Positions 53,893 through 62,706 of a stretch of DNA of 64,000 nt are shown here, in pieces. The notes under the pieces are model-generated. The model worked only from the letters and a program-made list of their open reading frames with translations. It was not told where the DNA came from and made no database searches. The number at the start of each line of letters is the position of its first letter. The stretch's first letter is position 1. Origin of the DNA: Spirochaetota bacterium (lineage in GTDB: Bacteria > Spirochaetota > Spirochaetia > Treponematales > UBA12059); assembly GCA_029560805.1 (NCBI GenBank), contig JAKQKE010000019.1:2684-66683 (forward strand), in the 5' to 3' direction. A program made the position numbers and the translations under genes.

Positions 53893-54254
53893 ACTGTCGG
53901 CTCCTTCAGGTCGCTGGAGCGCGGCTCGGCGAAGCCGTAGCCCCATTCCACCGGTATGGTAAACATGACGCCGGTCCCCGGCTGGGAGATGCCCCCGGTG
54001 ATCTCGTCGAGTATCGGCACGAGGCGCTCGACGGCCTTGTCGTCCTTGACGACCGACAGGATCGTCTTGTTGTAGGGCTTGTTGCCCTTGAGGAATTCCT
54101 TGAAGCCGGCGAATAGCGGTACTTCATAGGCCAGGAAATAGCCGAGGCCCTCCGAGTCGAGGATGGTGGCGCCCGGTAGGCCCGCCTCGACGTAGGCCTC
54201 GAGTACCTCCTCGAGGAGCTCTTCCTTGTTGAGTATGAACACGAGTAGCTTCAT
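53889..54254 (-). CDS. P-II-like (GlnB-fold) small signalling protein
   Basis: MKLLVFILNKEELLEEVLEAYVEAGLPGATILDSEGLG..., then a long loop and a second beta-alpha-beta half, with a P-II-like length (~121 aa). The ATG at 54254 is used; the ORF-track start is a TTG. Confidence 0.55.
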   Translation of the reverse strand: MKLLVFILNKEELLEEVLEAYVEAGLPGATILDSEGLGYFLAYEVPLFAGFKEFLKGNKPYNKTILSVVKDDKAVERLVPILDEITGGISQPGTGVMFTIPVEWGYGFAEPRSSDLKEPTV

Positions 54255-54263
54255 GGATCCAGT

Positions 54264-54355
54264 AGTATCGGCCGGTCCGGCACGGGCTGTCAAGGAAAAG
54301 CTGCCGAGAACTCCCGTACGTCAAGCATTGACGGCGGGGATGCCTACGCTATAGA
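54264..54355. promoter_or_regulatory. Back-to-back putative sigma70-type promoters, each with its -10 hexamer 9 nt from an ATG
   Basis: Plus strand: TTGACG (54328-33), 16 nt, TATAGA (54350-55), ATG at 54365. Minus strand: TTGACA (54293-88), 18 nt, GATACT (54269-64), ATG at 54254. Confidence 0.35.
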
Positions 54356-54364
54356 AAAGATGGG

Positions 54365-55657
54365 ATGGATACGACTGTATACTCGGCGCGGCACCACGAC
54401 TTCGAGGGCGACTCACGACGCGGGAAAAAGCTCGTCGCGGCCCTCGCGCTCTATCTGCTGGCCATAGGCTTAACCTTCTCCGGCTTCGACCCGGCCCGGT
54501 TGCTGAACGGCCTGCGCGTCATCATCGTTTCGCCCGACCTGCTCATAGACGACTATACGAGCATCGCGGGCGTAGGGCCCGCCTTCTTCAACGCGGCCCT
54601 CTGCACGCTCGTGATCGTCCTGCTCCTGAAACGCTCGAGGGTCGAGGTGACCGGGCCTGTCATAGCCGGCGTATTCACGGTCGCTGGCTTCTCCCTGTTC
54701 GGCAAGAACATAGCGAATATCCTGCCCGGTCTGCTCGGCGTCGTGCTGTACGCCAAGGCGAACAATCGGCCGTTCAGCGAGAGCGTCATCGTGGCCTTGT
54801 TCGGGACGGCCTTGGCGCCCCTGTCGAGCAGCGTCGCGTTCGGGCTGGGCATACCCGTCCCGTGGAACATTCCGGTCGCGGTCGCCGCCGGTACGGCCAC
54901 CGGCTTCTTCCTCTCGCCTATAGCCCGGCACGTACTCGACTTCCACCGCGGCTACAACCTCTATAACATGGGCTTCGCAGCCGGGTTCGTCGGCACGGTC
55001 ATCATGTCGACGCTCAAGGCTTTCGGCGTACCGGTCGAGGGCGAGTTCCATTGGGCCCAGCTCGGGCCGGGCTACGTCGCGCCCTGCCTGATCGCCCTGT
55101 TCGTCGCGCTGATCGTCTACGGCATGATCGTCGACCGCGACTGGCGTTCGTCCTACCGCCTGCTACTGGGATCCTCGGGACGGCTCGTCAGCGACTTCGT
55201 CCGCTTCTACGGACTCGGCGCGACGATGGTCAATATGGGGCTGATGGGGCTGATGGCGATGGCCGCGATCCTGTTGATAGGCGCCTCGTGGAACGGCCCG
55301 ATGATAGGCGCCGCGCTGACCATCGTCGGATTCTCCGCGTTCGGGAAGCACCCGCGCAACGCCCTGCCGCCGATGCTCGGCGTGGCGTTCATGGCCTCGC
55401 TGTCCCGTTACGGCCTGTCGTCGCCGTCCAGCCAGCTGGCTGTGCTCTTCTCGAGCACCCTGGCTCCCGTTACGGGCGAGTACGGCTTCGTGCCGGGCTT
55501 CATCTCCGGGATGCTGCACCTCGTGCTCGTGCAGGTGGTCGGATCGCTGCACGGCGGGCTCGACCTGTATAACAACGGCTTCTCCGGAGGCCTGGCGGCC
55601 GGCCTCTTCGTCCCCGTGCTCGAGTGGATCCGCGAATGGAGGAAGCATGAAGCATGA
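54365..55657 (+). CDS. DUF1576-like polytopic membrane protein
   Basis: 430 aa, ~10-12 TM segments. FSLFGKNIANILPGLLGVVLYAK and an internal duplication-like second half (FSAFGKHPRNALPPMLGV). The family name is from memory. Confidence 0.5.
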   Translation: MDTTVYSARHHDFEGDSRRGKKLVAALALYLLAIGLTFSGFDPARLLNGLRVIIVSPDLLIDDYTSIAGVGPAFFNAALCTLVIVLLLKRSRVEVTGPVIAGVFTVAGFSLFGKNIANILPGLLGVVLYAKANNRPFSESVIVALFGTALAPLSSSVAFGLGIPVPWNIPVAVAAGTATGFFLSPIARHVLDFHRGYNLYNMGFAAGFVGTVIMSTLKAFGVPVEGEFHWAQLGPGYVAPCLIALFVALIVYGMIVDRDWRSSYRLLLGSSGRLVSDFVRFYGLGATMVNMGLMGLMAMAAILLIGASWNGPMIGAALTIVGFSAFGKHPRNALPPMLGVAFMASLSRYGLSSPSSQLAVLFSSTLAPVTGEYGFVPGFISGMLHLVLVQVVGSLHGGLDLYNNGFSGGLAAGLFVPVLEWIREWRKHEA

Positions 55658-56018
55658 CGCAGCGCAGTTGATGCGGGTGGCGGAGGAAGTGCTCAAATAT
55701 TTCTATAACAAGGGCGCCAGGTCCGTAAAGGTATCGTACGACTTCGGTGACCAGCGCTCGTTCTGCGCCGTGCACGCGAAGGACCTGGTCCTGTCGCCCG
55801 AGGACGAGGCGTACATCCAGAACGTGTTCGAGGCGCCGGTGCAGCCCGAGATAGCGAGCTATTACGGCATCCTGGTCGGCCGCAGGCGCGACGAGCAGGA
55901 GATGCAGCTGGTAGGCACCATGGCCGACCTCGAGGATCTGAAGAACGAGGAAGGCCTCGGCGTCGTCATCGTGCTGAGCCGGAGGGAGATGGAGTTCCGA
56001 TCGTCGAAGAAAGGGTAG
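55647..56018 (+). CDS. Hypothetical cytoplasmic protein
   Basis: 123 aa. The start overlaps the DUF1576 stop by 11 nt (ATGAAGCATGA). Composition looks genuine (lower GC3, Lys/Glu/Tyr content). Confidence 0.4.
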   Translation: MKHDAAQLMRVAEEVLKYFYNKGARSVKVSYDFGDQRSFCAVHAKDLVLSPEDEAYIQNVFEAPVQPEIASYYGILVGRRRDEQEMQLVGTMADLEDLKNEEGLGVVIVLSRREMEFRSSKKG

Positions 56019-56043
56019 CTTGCCCCGCGGGCGCTAACGGTTT

Positions 56044-56652
56044 ATGCTCGCCTCTCGGGATGGAGGTGCCATGTATCAGGTCGGTCAAAGGCGTTCGATG
56101 GCGCTAACCAGCCGCGTCGCAACCAAGGTCGCGCGGAGAGTCGTCGCGGCCGAAGGCCTCGTTGCGGCTATAGGCCTCGTCGCGCTGCTCGCGTCGATGG
56201 CGCTCGCCTGCGTGCCGTCGGGCGGGCGTGACGAGCCAGCCGAGGCCGCCGCGCCGAGGCCGTCCGGCAAGCCGCAGTCGGGCCTGGCGACTGCCACCCT
56301 ACGCTCGGGCGCGGCGGAGATAGTCGTCGAGCTGGCGGTCAGCCCCGAGGAGCAGGAGATAGGGCTGATGCATCGCACGGAGCTGGCTGACGGCCGCGGC
56401 ATGCTGTTCGTCTACGCCGAGGACCGCAGGCTGGCGTTCTGGATGAAGCATACCCTGATCCCGCTATCGATCGCCTATATCTCCTCGGATGGCGTCATCC
56501 GCGAGATCCGCGACATGGAGCCCCTGTCGCTCGCCCCGGTCGAGAGCGAGCGCTACGTTCGCTACGCCCTCGAGGCGCCGCTCGGCTGGTTCGGCCGCGT
56601 CGGGCTCGCCCCCGGCGACCGCTTCGACCTGTCCGGGCTGCCCGGTCGGTAG
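56044..56652 (+). CDS. DUF192 domain lipoprotein
   Basis: Lipobox-like ASMALAC. GLMHRTELADGRGMLFVY...FWMKHTLIPLSIAYISSDGVI is the DUF192 core. The start is uncertain among in-frame Mets. Confidence 0.65.
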   Translation: MLASRDGGAMYQVGQRRSMALTSRVATKVARRVVAAEGLVAAIGLVALLASMALACVPSGGRDEPAEAAAPRPSGKPQSGLATATLRSGAAEIVVELAVSPEEQEIGLMHRTELADGRGMLFVYAEDRRLAFWMKHTLIPLSIAYISSDGVIREIRDMEPLSLAPVESERYVRYALEAPLGWFGRVGLAPGDRFDLSGLPGR

Positions 56653-56700
56653 TCGAGGCGGCGGCGAAGCCAGTATGTTCATAGTAGGAGAGCCAAGGCC

Positions 56701-57189
56701 ATGATGGATATATATACGATAGGAGCCGACGTGCTACGCGGGAACGCCGCCCCGGTGGAACGCTTCGACGACGAGTTCGCGGCGTTGATAGAGCGGATGT
56801 TCGCGACGATGAAGCAGGGCAAGGGCGTCGGCCTGGCCGCGCCGCAGGTCGGTATCCCGCAGCGCTTCTTCGTCATGCAGATAGACGGCGACAAGCAACG
56901 CGTTTTCGTCAACCCGGAGATCGTCGAGACGAGCCTGGAGCTGGACAGCTTCGAGGAAGGCTGCCTCTCGATACCCGGCGTGTACGCCGACCTGGACCGG
57001 CCGGCGGAGATACGGGTGCAGGCCTGGAACGAGCGCGGGCGCCGTTTCGTGCTGGGGGCGGACGGCTTCCTGGCCCGGGTCATCCAGCACGAGCTGGACC
57101 ACCTGAACGGCGTCCTGTTCGTCGACCGGCTGCCCGAGCGCACCCGCGACCGCCTGCTCAAGCAGTACGAGAAGCGGATGAGGGCCTGA
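56701..57189 (+). CDS. def: Peptide deformylase
   Basis: GVGLAAPQVG, EGCLSIPG and HELDHLNG, the three PDF motifs. Confidence 0.95.
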   Translation: MMDIYTIGADVLRGNAAPVERFDDEFAALIERMFATMKQGKGVGLAAPQVGIPQRFFVMQIDGDKQRVFVNPEIVETSLELDSFEEGCLSIPGVYADLDRPAEIRVQAWNERGRRFVLGADGFLARVIQHELDHLNGVLFVDRLPERTRDRLLKQYEKRMRA

Positions 57190-57194
57190 CGCCG

Positions 57195-58148
57195 GTGCGC
57201 GTCCTGTTCGCCGGTAGCCCCGAGATAGCCCTGCCGGCGCTCGAGGCGATAGGGGCCCGGCATGAGCTGGTCGGCGTGCTGACCAATCCGCCGTCAGCCA
57301 AGGGGCGAGGCTTGTGCTTCTCGTGCACGCCGGTCGCGGAGGCCGCGACGACCCTCGGCGTGCCGGTGCTGTCGCCCGAGCGCCTGGGGCCGGCCGAGCG
57401 GGAGGCCGTCTCATCGCTACGGCCCGAGCTGCTCGCCGTCTTCGCGTACGGCCGCATCTTCGGGCCCAAGTTCATGGCGCTGTTCCCGCTCGGCGGCATC
57501 AACGCGCACCCCTCCCTGCTGCCACGATGGCGCGGCTGCGCGCCGATTCCCTACGCCATACTGAATCGCGACTCGGTCACCGGGGTCTGCGTACAGCGCG
57601 TCGCGCCGCGCATGGACGCAGGGGACATCCTGGCCCGGCGCGAGATCCGCCTGGACGGGCGCGAGACGACCGATAGCCTATCGGCGGTCTCGGCCACCGT
57701 CGGCGCGGAGCTGCTGCTCGAGGCGATGGCGGCCATCGAGGCCGGTACGGCGGTCGGCGAACCCCAGGACGAGGCGGCCGCCACCTACTGCGGCGCGCTC
57801 GCCAAGGGCTCGGGCCTCGTCGACTGGTCGTCGCCGGCCATCGACCTGGACGCCCGCGTGCGAGCCTTCCATCCCTGGCCGGGCGCTTATACCGGCTTCG
57901 GGGGCGAGCGGCTCGCCCTCCTCGAAGCGGCGCCGTACCCGGACGAGCCCGGCCGGGCGGAGCCCGGGACGGTACTTGCGGTAGACAAGTCGAAAGGTAT
58001 AATGGTACAAACGGGACGGGGCCTCATCGCCGTGTCGCGCCTCCAGCTTCGCGGCAAGAAGCCCATGGACTTCAAGGACTTCGCGAATGGCGCGCGCGGC
58101 TTGGTCGGTACGCGCCTGGACGCGCCTCCGCCGAGCGCCGCCCGATAA
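57195..58148 (+). CDS. fmt: Methionyl-tRNA formyltransferase
   Basis: GTG start. VLFAGSPEIALPALEA..., INAHPSLLPRWRG and a C-terminal PUA-like domain. It follows def. Confidence 0.9.
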   Translation: MRVLFAGSPEIALPALEAIGARHELVGVLTNPPSAKGRGLCFSCTPVAEAATTLGVPVLSPERLGPAEREAVSSLRPELLAVFAYGRIFGPKFMALFPLGGINAHPSLLPRWRGCAPIPYAILNRDSVTGVCVQRVAPRMDAGDILARREIRLDGRETTDSLSAVSATVGAELLLEAMAAIEAGTAVGEPQDEAAATYCGALAKGSGLVDWSSPAIDLDARVRAFHPWPGAYTGFGGERLALLEAAPYPDEPGRAEPGTVLAVDKSKGIMVQTGRGLIAVSRLQLRGKKPMDFKDFANGARGLVGTRLDAPPPSAAR

Positions 58149-58166
58149 ACCGGTACGGGAGCACGC

Positions 58167-59177
58167 ATGGACCTTCGTTCGATGTTCAACTTCAAGAAGC
58201 TCGATCAGCTCGATCCCAGACACGCCAAGGCGGCCATCGTGTCGCTCGTGTCGCTCGTGGTGCTGATGGGCTTGTCCGGCCTCATCGCGTTCTTCCTGGC
58301 CCTGCGCGGCGAGGAACAGACGCTCGTGCCGAACGTCGTCGATATGGAGCTGTCCGCGGCCCTCGTCAAGCTCCAGGACAAGGAGCTGTATCCGCGGGTA
58401 TCCCTGCGCTTCTCCGGCGACCCCGAGACCCGAGGGCGCATCCTCGAACAGGATCCGCAGCCGGGAGCCATCGTCAAGGCTGGTCGCCGCATCGCGCTGG
58501 TCGTCTCCAGGGGCGCCGCCCAGGAGGCCGTCGGCGACTATATCGGGCAAACGGTCGACGAGGTGAAGATCCACCTCCAGACGGTGTTCGGGTCGACGCG
58601 CCAGCTCATAACCGTCAAGGAACCGCCGGTCTATGTCTACGACGCCAGCCCGGCAGGCACCATACTCGAGCAGTCGCCGGCGCCTAACGTGGAGCTGTCC
58701 GGCCCGACCCAGCTGAGCTTCGTCGTATCCCGCGGCCCCGAGAAGGCCAAGGTCAAGGTGCCGGACCTCGTCGGCCTGGCGCTGAGCGAGGCCGTGCTGC
58801 AGATCGAGAAGTCGGGCGTGGCCTTCGAGTTCGCGCTGCGGCCGACCGAGGGGCGCGAACGGCCCGGCACCGTCGTAGCCCAGCTGCCCGCGCCGGGTAG
58901 CCTGCTCGACCCCGGCTCGCCGGTATCCATCGTCTACGGGGCGCCCGCCAAGACCGAGGGCCGCGTCTCCGGGCTGTTCCAGCAGGCCCTGCCGGAGTAT
59001 CCGTACCCCCTGCGGGCCGTCTTGTACGCCGAGCCCCCGACCGGCGCCAGGATCCCGCTGATCTCGGTCGACCATCCGGGCCGTTCCTTCACGATGCCGT
59101 ACGACCTGCCCGTGGGCAGCGTGCTCGTGCTCCAGGTGCTCAACAAGGTGGTGGCTCGGGTGGAGGCGGGAAGGTGA
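58167..59177 (+). CDS. PASTA-domain membrane protein
   Basis: N-terminal TM (IVSLVSLVVLMGLSGLIAFFLAL), then three PASTA-like units (e.g. VPNVVDMELSAALVKLQDKEL..., VPDLVGLALSEAVLQIEKSGV...). Confidence 0.7.
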   Translation: MDLRSMFNFKKLDQLDPRHAKAAIVSLVSLVVLMGLSGLIAFFLALRGEEQTLVPNVVDMELSAALVKLQDKELYPRVSLRFSGDPETRGRILEQDPQPGAIVKAGRRIALVVSRGAAQEAVGDYIGQTVDEVKIHLQTVFGSTRQLITVKEPPVYVYDASPAGTILEQSPAPNVELSGPTQLSFVVSRGPEKAKVKVPDLVGLALSEAVLQIEKSGVAFEFALRPTEGRERPGTVVAQLPAPGSLLDPGSPVSIVYGAPAKTEGRVSGLFQQALPEYPYPLRAVLYAEPPTGARIPLISVDHPGRSFTMPYDLPVGSVLVLQVLNKVVARVEAGR

Positions 59178-60322
59178 GCCCGCGGATGATTCCCTCGCCC
59201 AGGCGGAGGCGCAAGGCCCCGACCTATTCCGTCGAGATCGTCCGCATGGCCCTCTACGATATCGGCCGCTCCATCGACCTCAAGAAGGCGGCCGACCTGC
59301 TGCCCGGAGTTCCGGGTATGCGCCTGGCCAGGCGCCGCGATACCCCGACGACCGTTACGATCCCCGCGCCGCTTTGCGTCGATCTGCGCTCGGGCCTCAA
59401 GAAGGTGTATAGCGAGGATTCCATCGAGGGCTTCGCCGCCTCCGCGCGCCTGTACGACGAGGGCGTCATGTCCATCGTCGTCAGGCTCAAGGTCAGCGCC
59501 ACCATCGAAGAGCTGCACGGCATCGAGGCGAAGGAGGTTTCTCCGACCATCCGCGACCTCGACTCCTACATAGCGGAGCGCTACCAGGCCGTGCTCGAGC
59601 AGGTCGGCCCCGCCGTCGCGAACCGGCGCGAGCAGCCGGAGTCGGAGACCTACCTGGCCTATTGCTTCGCCGACGTCGGCTCTGCCCCCGAGGATTTCAT
59701 TAAAGAAAACGAGCTCGCGTTCACCAGGCTCCTCGCCGGCGAGCCAGCCGATTATCCCATCCACGGGTCGCAGGTCCGCAAGACGATGAGCAACCCGTTC
59801 TCCTACAGCGACCGAGACCTGGCAGTCTTCGATATGGACCGATGCCTCATCGTCGACTCGGACCGCGACTACGAGGACGTGCTGCTGATCTGCGAGCTGG
59901 CCAACTACCAGTACCTCGAGCTGCGCGCCCTGGATAAGTGGCTCGATAAATGGCTCGACGAGGCCGAGGACGACGTCAACCTGATAGCCAGGAAGGGAGC
60001 GGGTCGCGGGCTCAAGACCGGTACCCTGCGCAAGAAGCTCGGCAAGATCCAGGCTCTGCGCCTCGACGCGCTGTTCATCCTCGAGAACCTCGAGAACAGT
60101 TCGAAGATCATAGGCGACTATTTCCTGGGCCAGGTCTACGAGCATGTCTGCGGCATCTTCAACACCTCGGGGTGGACCCGCTCGGTCGAGCGGCGCCTCG
60201 ACGCGCTCCAGGATATCTACGAGATCGTCAAGACCGAGAACTCGGAACGCACCATGCTGCTGCTCGAGATCGTGTTCATCGTCGTCTGTATCATTCCCAT
60301 CATCCAGTTCGCGTTCGGCTAG
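59174..60322 (+). CDS. DUF155/RMD1-like protein with a C-terminal TM anchor (tentative)
   Basis: 382 aa. The GTG start overlaps the PASTA-gene stop (GTGA). YDIGRSIDLKKAA..., LAVFDMDRCLIVDS and the terminal TM segment LLLEIVFIVVCIIPIIQFAF resemble RMD1-family organisation. Confidence 0.35.
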   Translation: MSPRMIPSPRRRRKAPTYSVEIVRMALYDIGRSIDLKKAADLLPGVPGMRLARRRDTPTTVTIPAPLCVDLRSGLKKVYSEDSIEGFAASARLYDEGVMSIVVRLKVSATIEELHGIEAKEVSPTIRDLDSYIAERYQAVLEQVGPAVANRREQPESETYLAYCFADVGSAPEDFIKENELAFTRLLAGEPADYPIHGSQVRKTMSNPFSYSDRDLAVFDMDRCLIVDSDRDYEDVLLICELANYQYLELRALDKWLDKWLDEAEDDVNLIARKGAGRGLKTGTLRKKLGKIQALRLDALFILENLENSSKIIGDYFLGQVYEHVCGIFNTSGWTRSVERRLDALQDIYEIVKTENSERTMLLLEIVFIVVCIIPIIQFAFG

Positions 60323-60404
60323 CCAGCGTCCGTCCCGCGCTCTGTAGACCCGCGCTCGCGTCTCTGGTACAGTCTCTCCTGATAACCACGCTAAGGAGAA
60401 CCTC

Positions 60405-61745
60405 ATGGTCATACTTACCCTCAACTGCGGCAGTTCGTCCGTCAAGTACCAGGTCTACGACTGGGACGAGAAGAACGTACTCGCGAGCGGCATCGTCGAG
60501 CGCGTCGGCATCGAAGGCTCGATCATCAACCACAAGGCGCCAGGCGTCGCCGACGTGAGCCTCGAGCACGAGTGCCCCAACCACGTCGTCGCAGTCGAGC
60601 TGATACTCAAGACCATCACCGACCCGCAGCACGGCGTCGTACGGTCGATGAAGGACATCGGCGCGGTCGGCCACCGCATGGTCCACGGCGGCATGAAGTT
60701 CGCCCGCTCGGTGCTGATCACCGATGAGTCCCTGGCTACCTTCAAGGAACTCATCGACCTGGCACCGCTCCATAATCCCGCCAACATCACCGGCGTCGAG
60801 GCGGCCAAGGCCGTGCTTCCGAACGTGCCCCATTGCGCCGTCATGGACACCGCCTGGCACCAGACCATGCCCAGCACCAGCTACACCTACGCATTGCCCC
60901 ACGAATGGCAGGACAAGTACATGGTGCGGCGCTACGGCTTCCACGGCACCAGCTTCCTCTATACGGCCAAGCGCGCCTCGGTGCTGCTCGGCAAGGATCC
61001 CTTCGACTCGAACGTCATCATCGCGCACATCGGCAACGGCTCATCGATCAACGCCGTCAAGGACGGCTGCTCCTACGACACCTCGATGGGCATGACCCCG
61101 CTCGAGGGCCTGGTCATGGGCACCCGCTCCGGCGATATCGACCCCGGCATCGTCTTCCACATGATGAAGAAGGCCGGCCTGTCCGCAGCCGAGGTCGAGA
61201 AGGCGCTGAATAAGGAATCCGGCGTGCTCGGCATCACCGGCCGCTGGTCCGACAGGCGCGACATCGAGAACGCCGCCGCCGAGGGCGATAGGATCGCCAT
61301 CGTCGCCCAGGAGCTCGAGGGCTACCGCATCAAGAAGTACATCGGCGCCTACTACGCCGCGCTCGGCCACGTCGACGCCCTCGTGTTTACCGCTGGCGTC
61401 GGCGAGATGGGTCCGGTCACCCGCCACCTGTCGACCCTCGGCCTCGAGGGTATGGGTATCAAGGTCGACCCCGCCCGCAACGAGAAGGCCAAGTGCCGTA
61501 ACGCCGAGCTGGAGATCAGCGCCCCCGACAGCCCGGTCAAGGTCTACGTGATCCCGACCGACGAGGAGCTCGTGATGACCGAGGACGCCTTCGCGCTGAT
61601 GAACGGCACCTACGACGTCCACACCAACTATACGTACAGCTTCCAGAGCCCCGACTACGTCAACAAGCAGCGAGCCGCCGGGCTGGAGAAGGACCTCGCC
61701 AAGAAGCCGTACCTGGCGGACCTGATAGCGCATCCGAGGCGCTAA
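60405..61745 (+). CDS. ackA: Acetate kinase (with a ~45-aa C-terminal extension)
   Basis: [31 protein letters not shown] and IPTDEELVM motifs. SD AAGGAG. Confidence 0.92.
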   Translation: MVILTLNCGSSSVKYQVYDWDEKNVLASGIVERVGIEGSIINHKAPGVADVSLEHECPNHVVAVELILKTITDPQHGVVRSMKDIGAVGHRMVHGGMKFARSVLITDESLATFKELIDLAPLHNPANITGVEAAKAVLPNVPHCAVMDTAWHQTMPSTSYTYALPHEWQDKYMVRRYGFHGTSFLYTAKRASVLLGKDPFDSNVIIAHIGNGSSINAVKDGCSYDTSMGMTPLEGLVMGTRSGDIDPGIVFHMMKKAGLSAAEVEKALNKESGVLGITGRWSDRRDIENAAAEGDRIAIVAQELEGYRIKKYIGAYYAALGHVDALVFTAGVGEMGPVTRHLSTLGLEGMGIKVDPARNEKAKCRNAELEISAPDSPVKVYVIPTDEELVMTEDAFALMNGTYDVHTNYTYSFQSPDYVNKQRAAGLEKDLAKKPYLADLIAHPRR

Positions 61746-61748
61746 ACC

Positions 61749-62654
61749 ATGGCAACGAGCCTTCGCGCCGCCTGCATGCGCCGCGTGATCCGCCTGATAT
61801 TCAAGGAGCAGGGTCTCAGCGTCGAGCGGGAGCGCGAACGCTCGCTGGCCACGGGTAAGGCGCACCCTCGGTTTCCGCGCTCGGTGCGCGTAGGCCGATT
61901 CGATATCGACGGCATGCCCTGCGCCTCGATCGAGCCGGCCAGCGCCGGGCGGGTCGGCCCGGTCCGAGTCGTGCTCTACCTGCACGGCGGCGGCTACGTG
62001 ACCGGCTTCATCGACTCGTCGCTGATGCTCTGCGTGCCGATGGCGCGGGAGCTCGGCCTACGCCTGGTGCTTCCAGAGTACCGGCTCGCGCCCGAGCATC
62101 CCTTCCCCGCGGCGATCGACGACGCGCTCAAGGCCTACCGCCGACTTCTGTCCGAAGGCTACGCGCCCGGCGAGATAGCGCTGGCCGGGGACTCGGCGGG
62201 AGGCGGGCTGTGCCTGGCCGTGCTCCAGGCCATCCGCGACTCGGGCGGGCCCGTGCCCGCCGCGGCCCTGTGCCTGTCGCCCTGGGCCGACCTGACGCAC
62301 TCCGGCCGTAGCCACGCCGAGAACGCCGCCACGGATCCCCTCCTGCACCTCGAGATGCTCAAGCAATGGGCGTCGTATTACGCCGGCGGGGCTTCTCTGG
62401 CCGATCCCCTGGTCTCTCCGGTCTTCGCAGATTTCTCCGGCTTCCCGCCTTTACTCCTGCAGGTAGATTCCGGGGAGCTGCTGCTCGACGACTCGTTGGC
62501 GATAGCCGAGCGGGCGAGGGCGGCCGGCGTGGACGCGAGGCTGATACGCCGCGAGGGGCTGTGGCATGTCTGGCCGGCGCTCGGCGACCTGATACCCGAG
62601 AGCCGGCAGGCTTTCGGTGCTATGAAGGCGTTTCTCGCGTCGTTGGGCGGGTGA
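61749..62654 (+). CDS. Alpha/beta hydrolase (HSL-type esterase/lipase)
   Basis: YLHGGGYV oxyanion motif and the nucleophile elbow GDSAGG. Confidence 0.8.
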   Translation: MATSLRAACMRRVIRLIFKEQGLSVERERERSLATGKAHPRFPRSVRVGRFDIDGMPCASIEPASAGRVGPVRVVLYLHGGGYVTGFIDSSLMLCVPMARELGLRLVLPEYRLAPEHPFPAAIDDALKAYRRLLSEGYAPGEIALAGDSAGGGLCLAVLQAIRDSGGPVPAAALCLSPWADLTHSGRSHAENAATDPLLHLEMLKQWASYYAGGASLADPLVSPVFADFSGFPPLLLQVDSGELLLDDSLAIAERARAAGVDARLIRREGLWHVWPALGDLIPESRQAFGAMKAFLASLGG

Positions 62655-62706
62655 CGATCGACCCCAGCCTTGTCCGCGCTCGGCCGTCCGGGGTATACTG
62701 ATCCCC

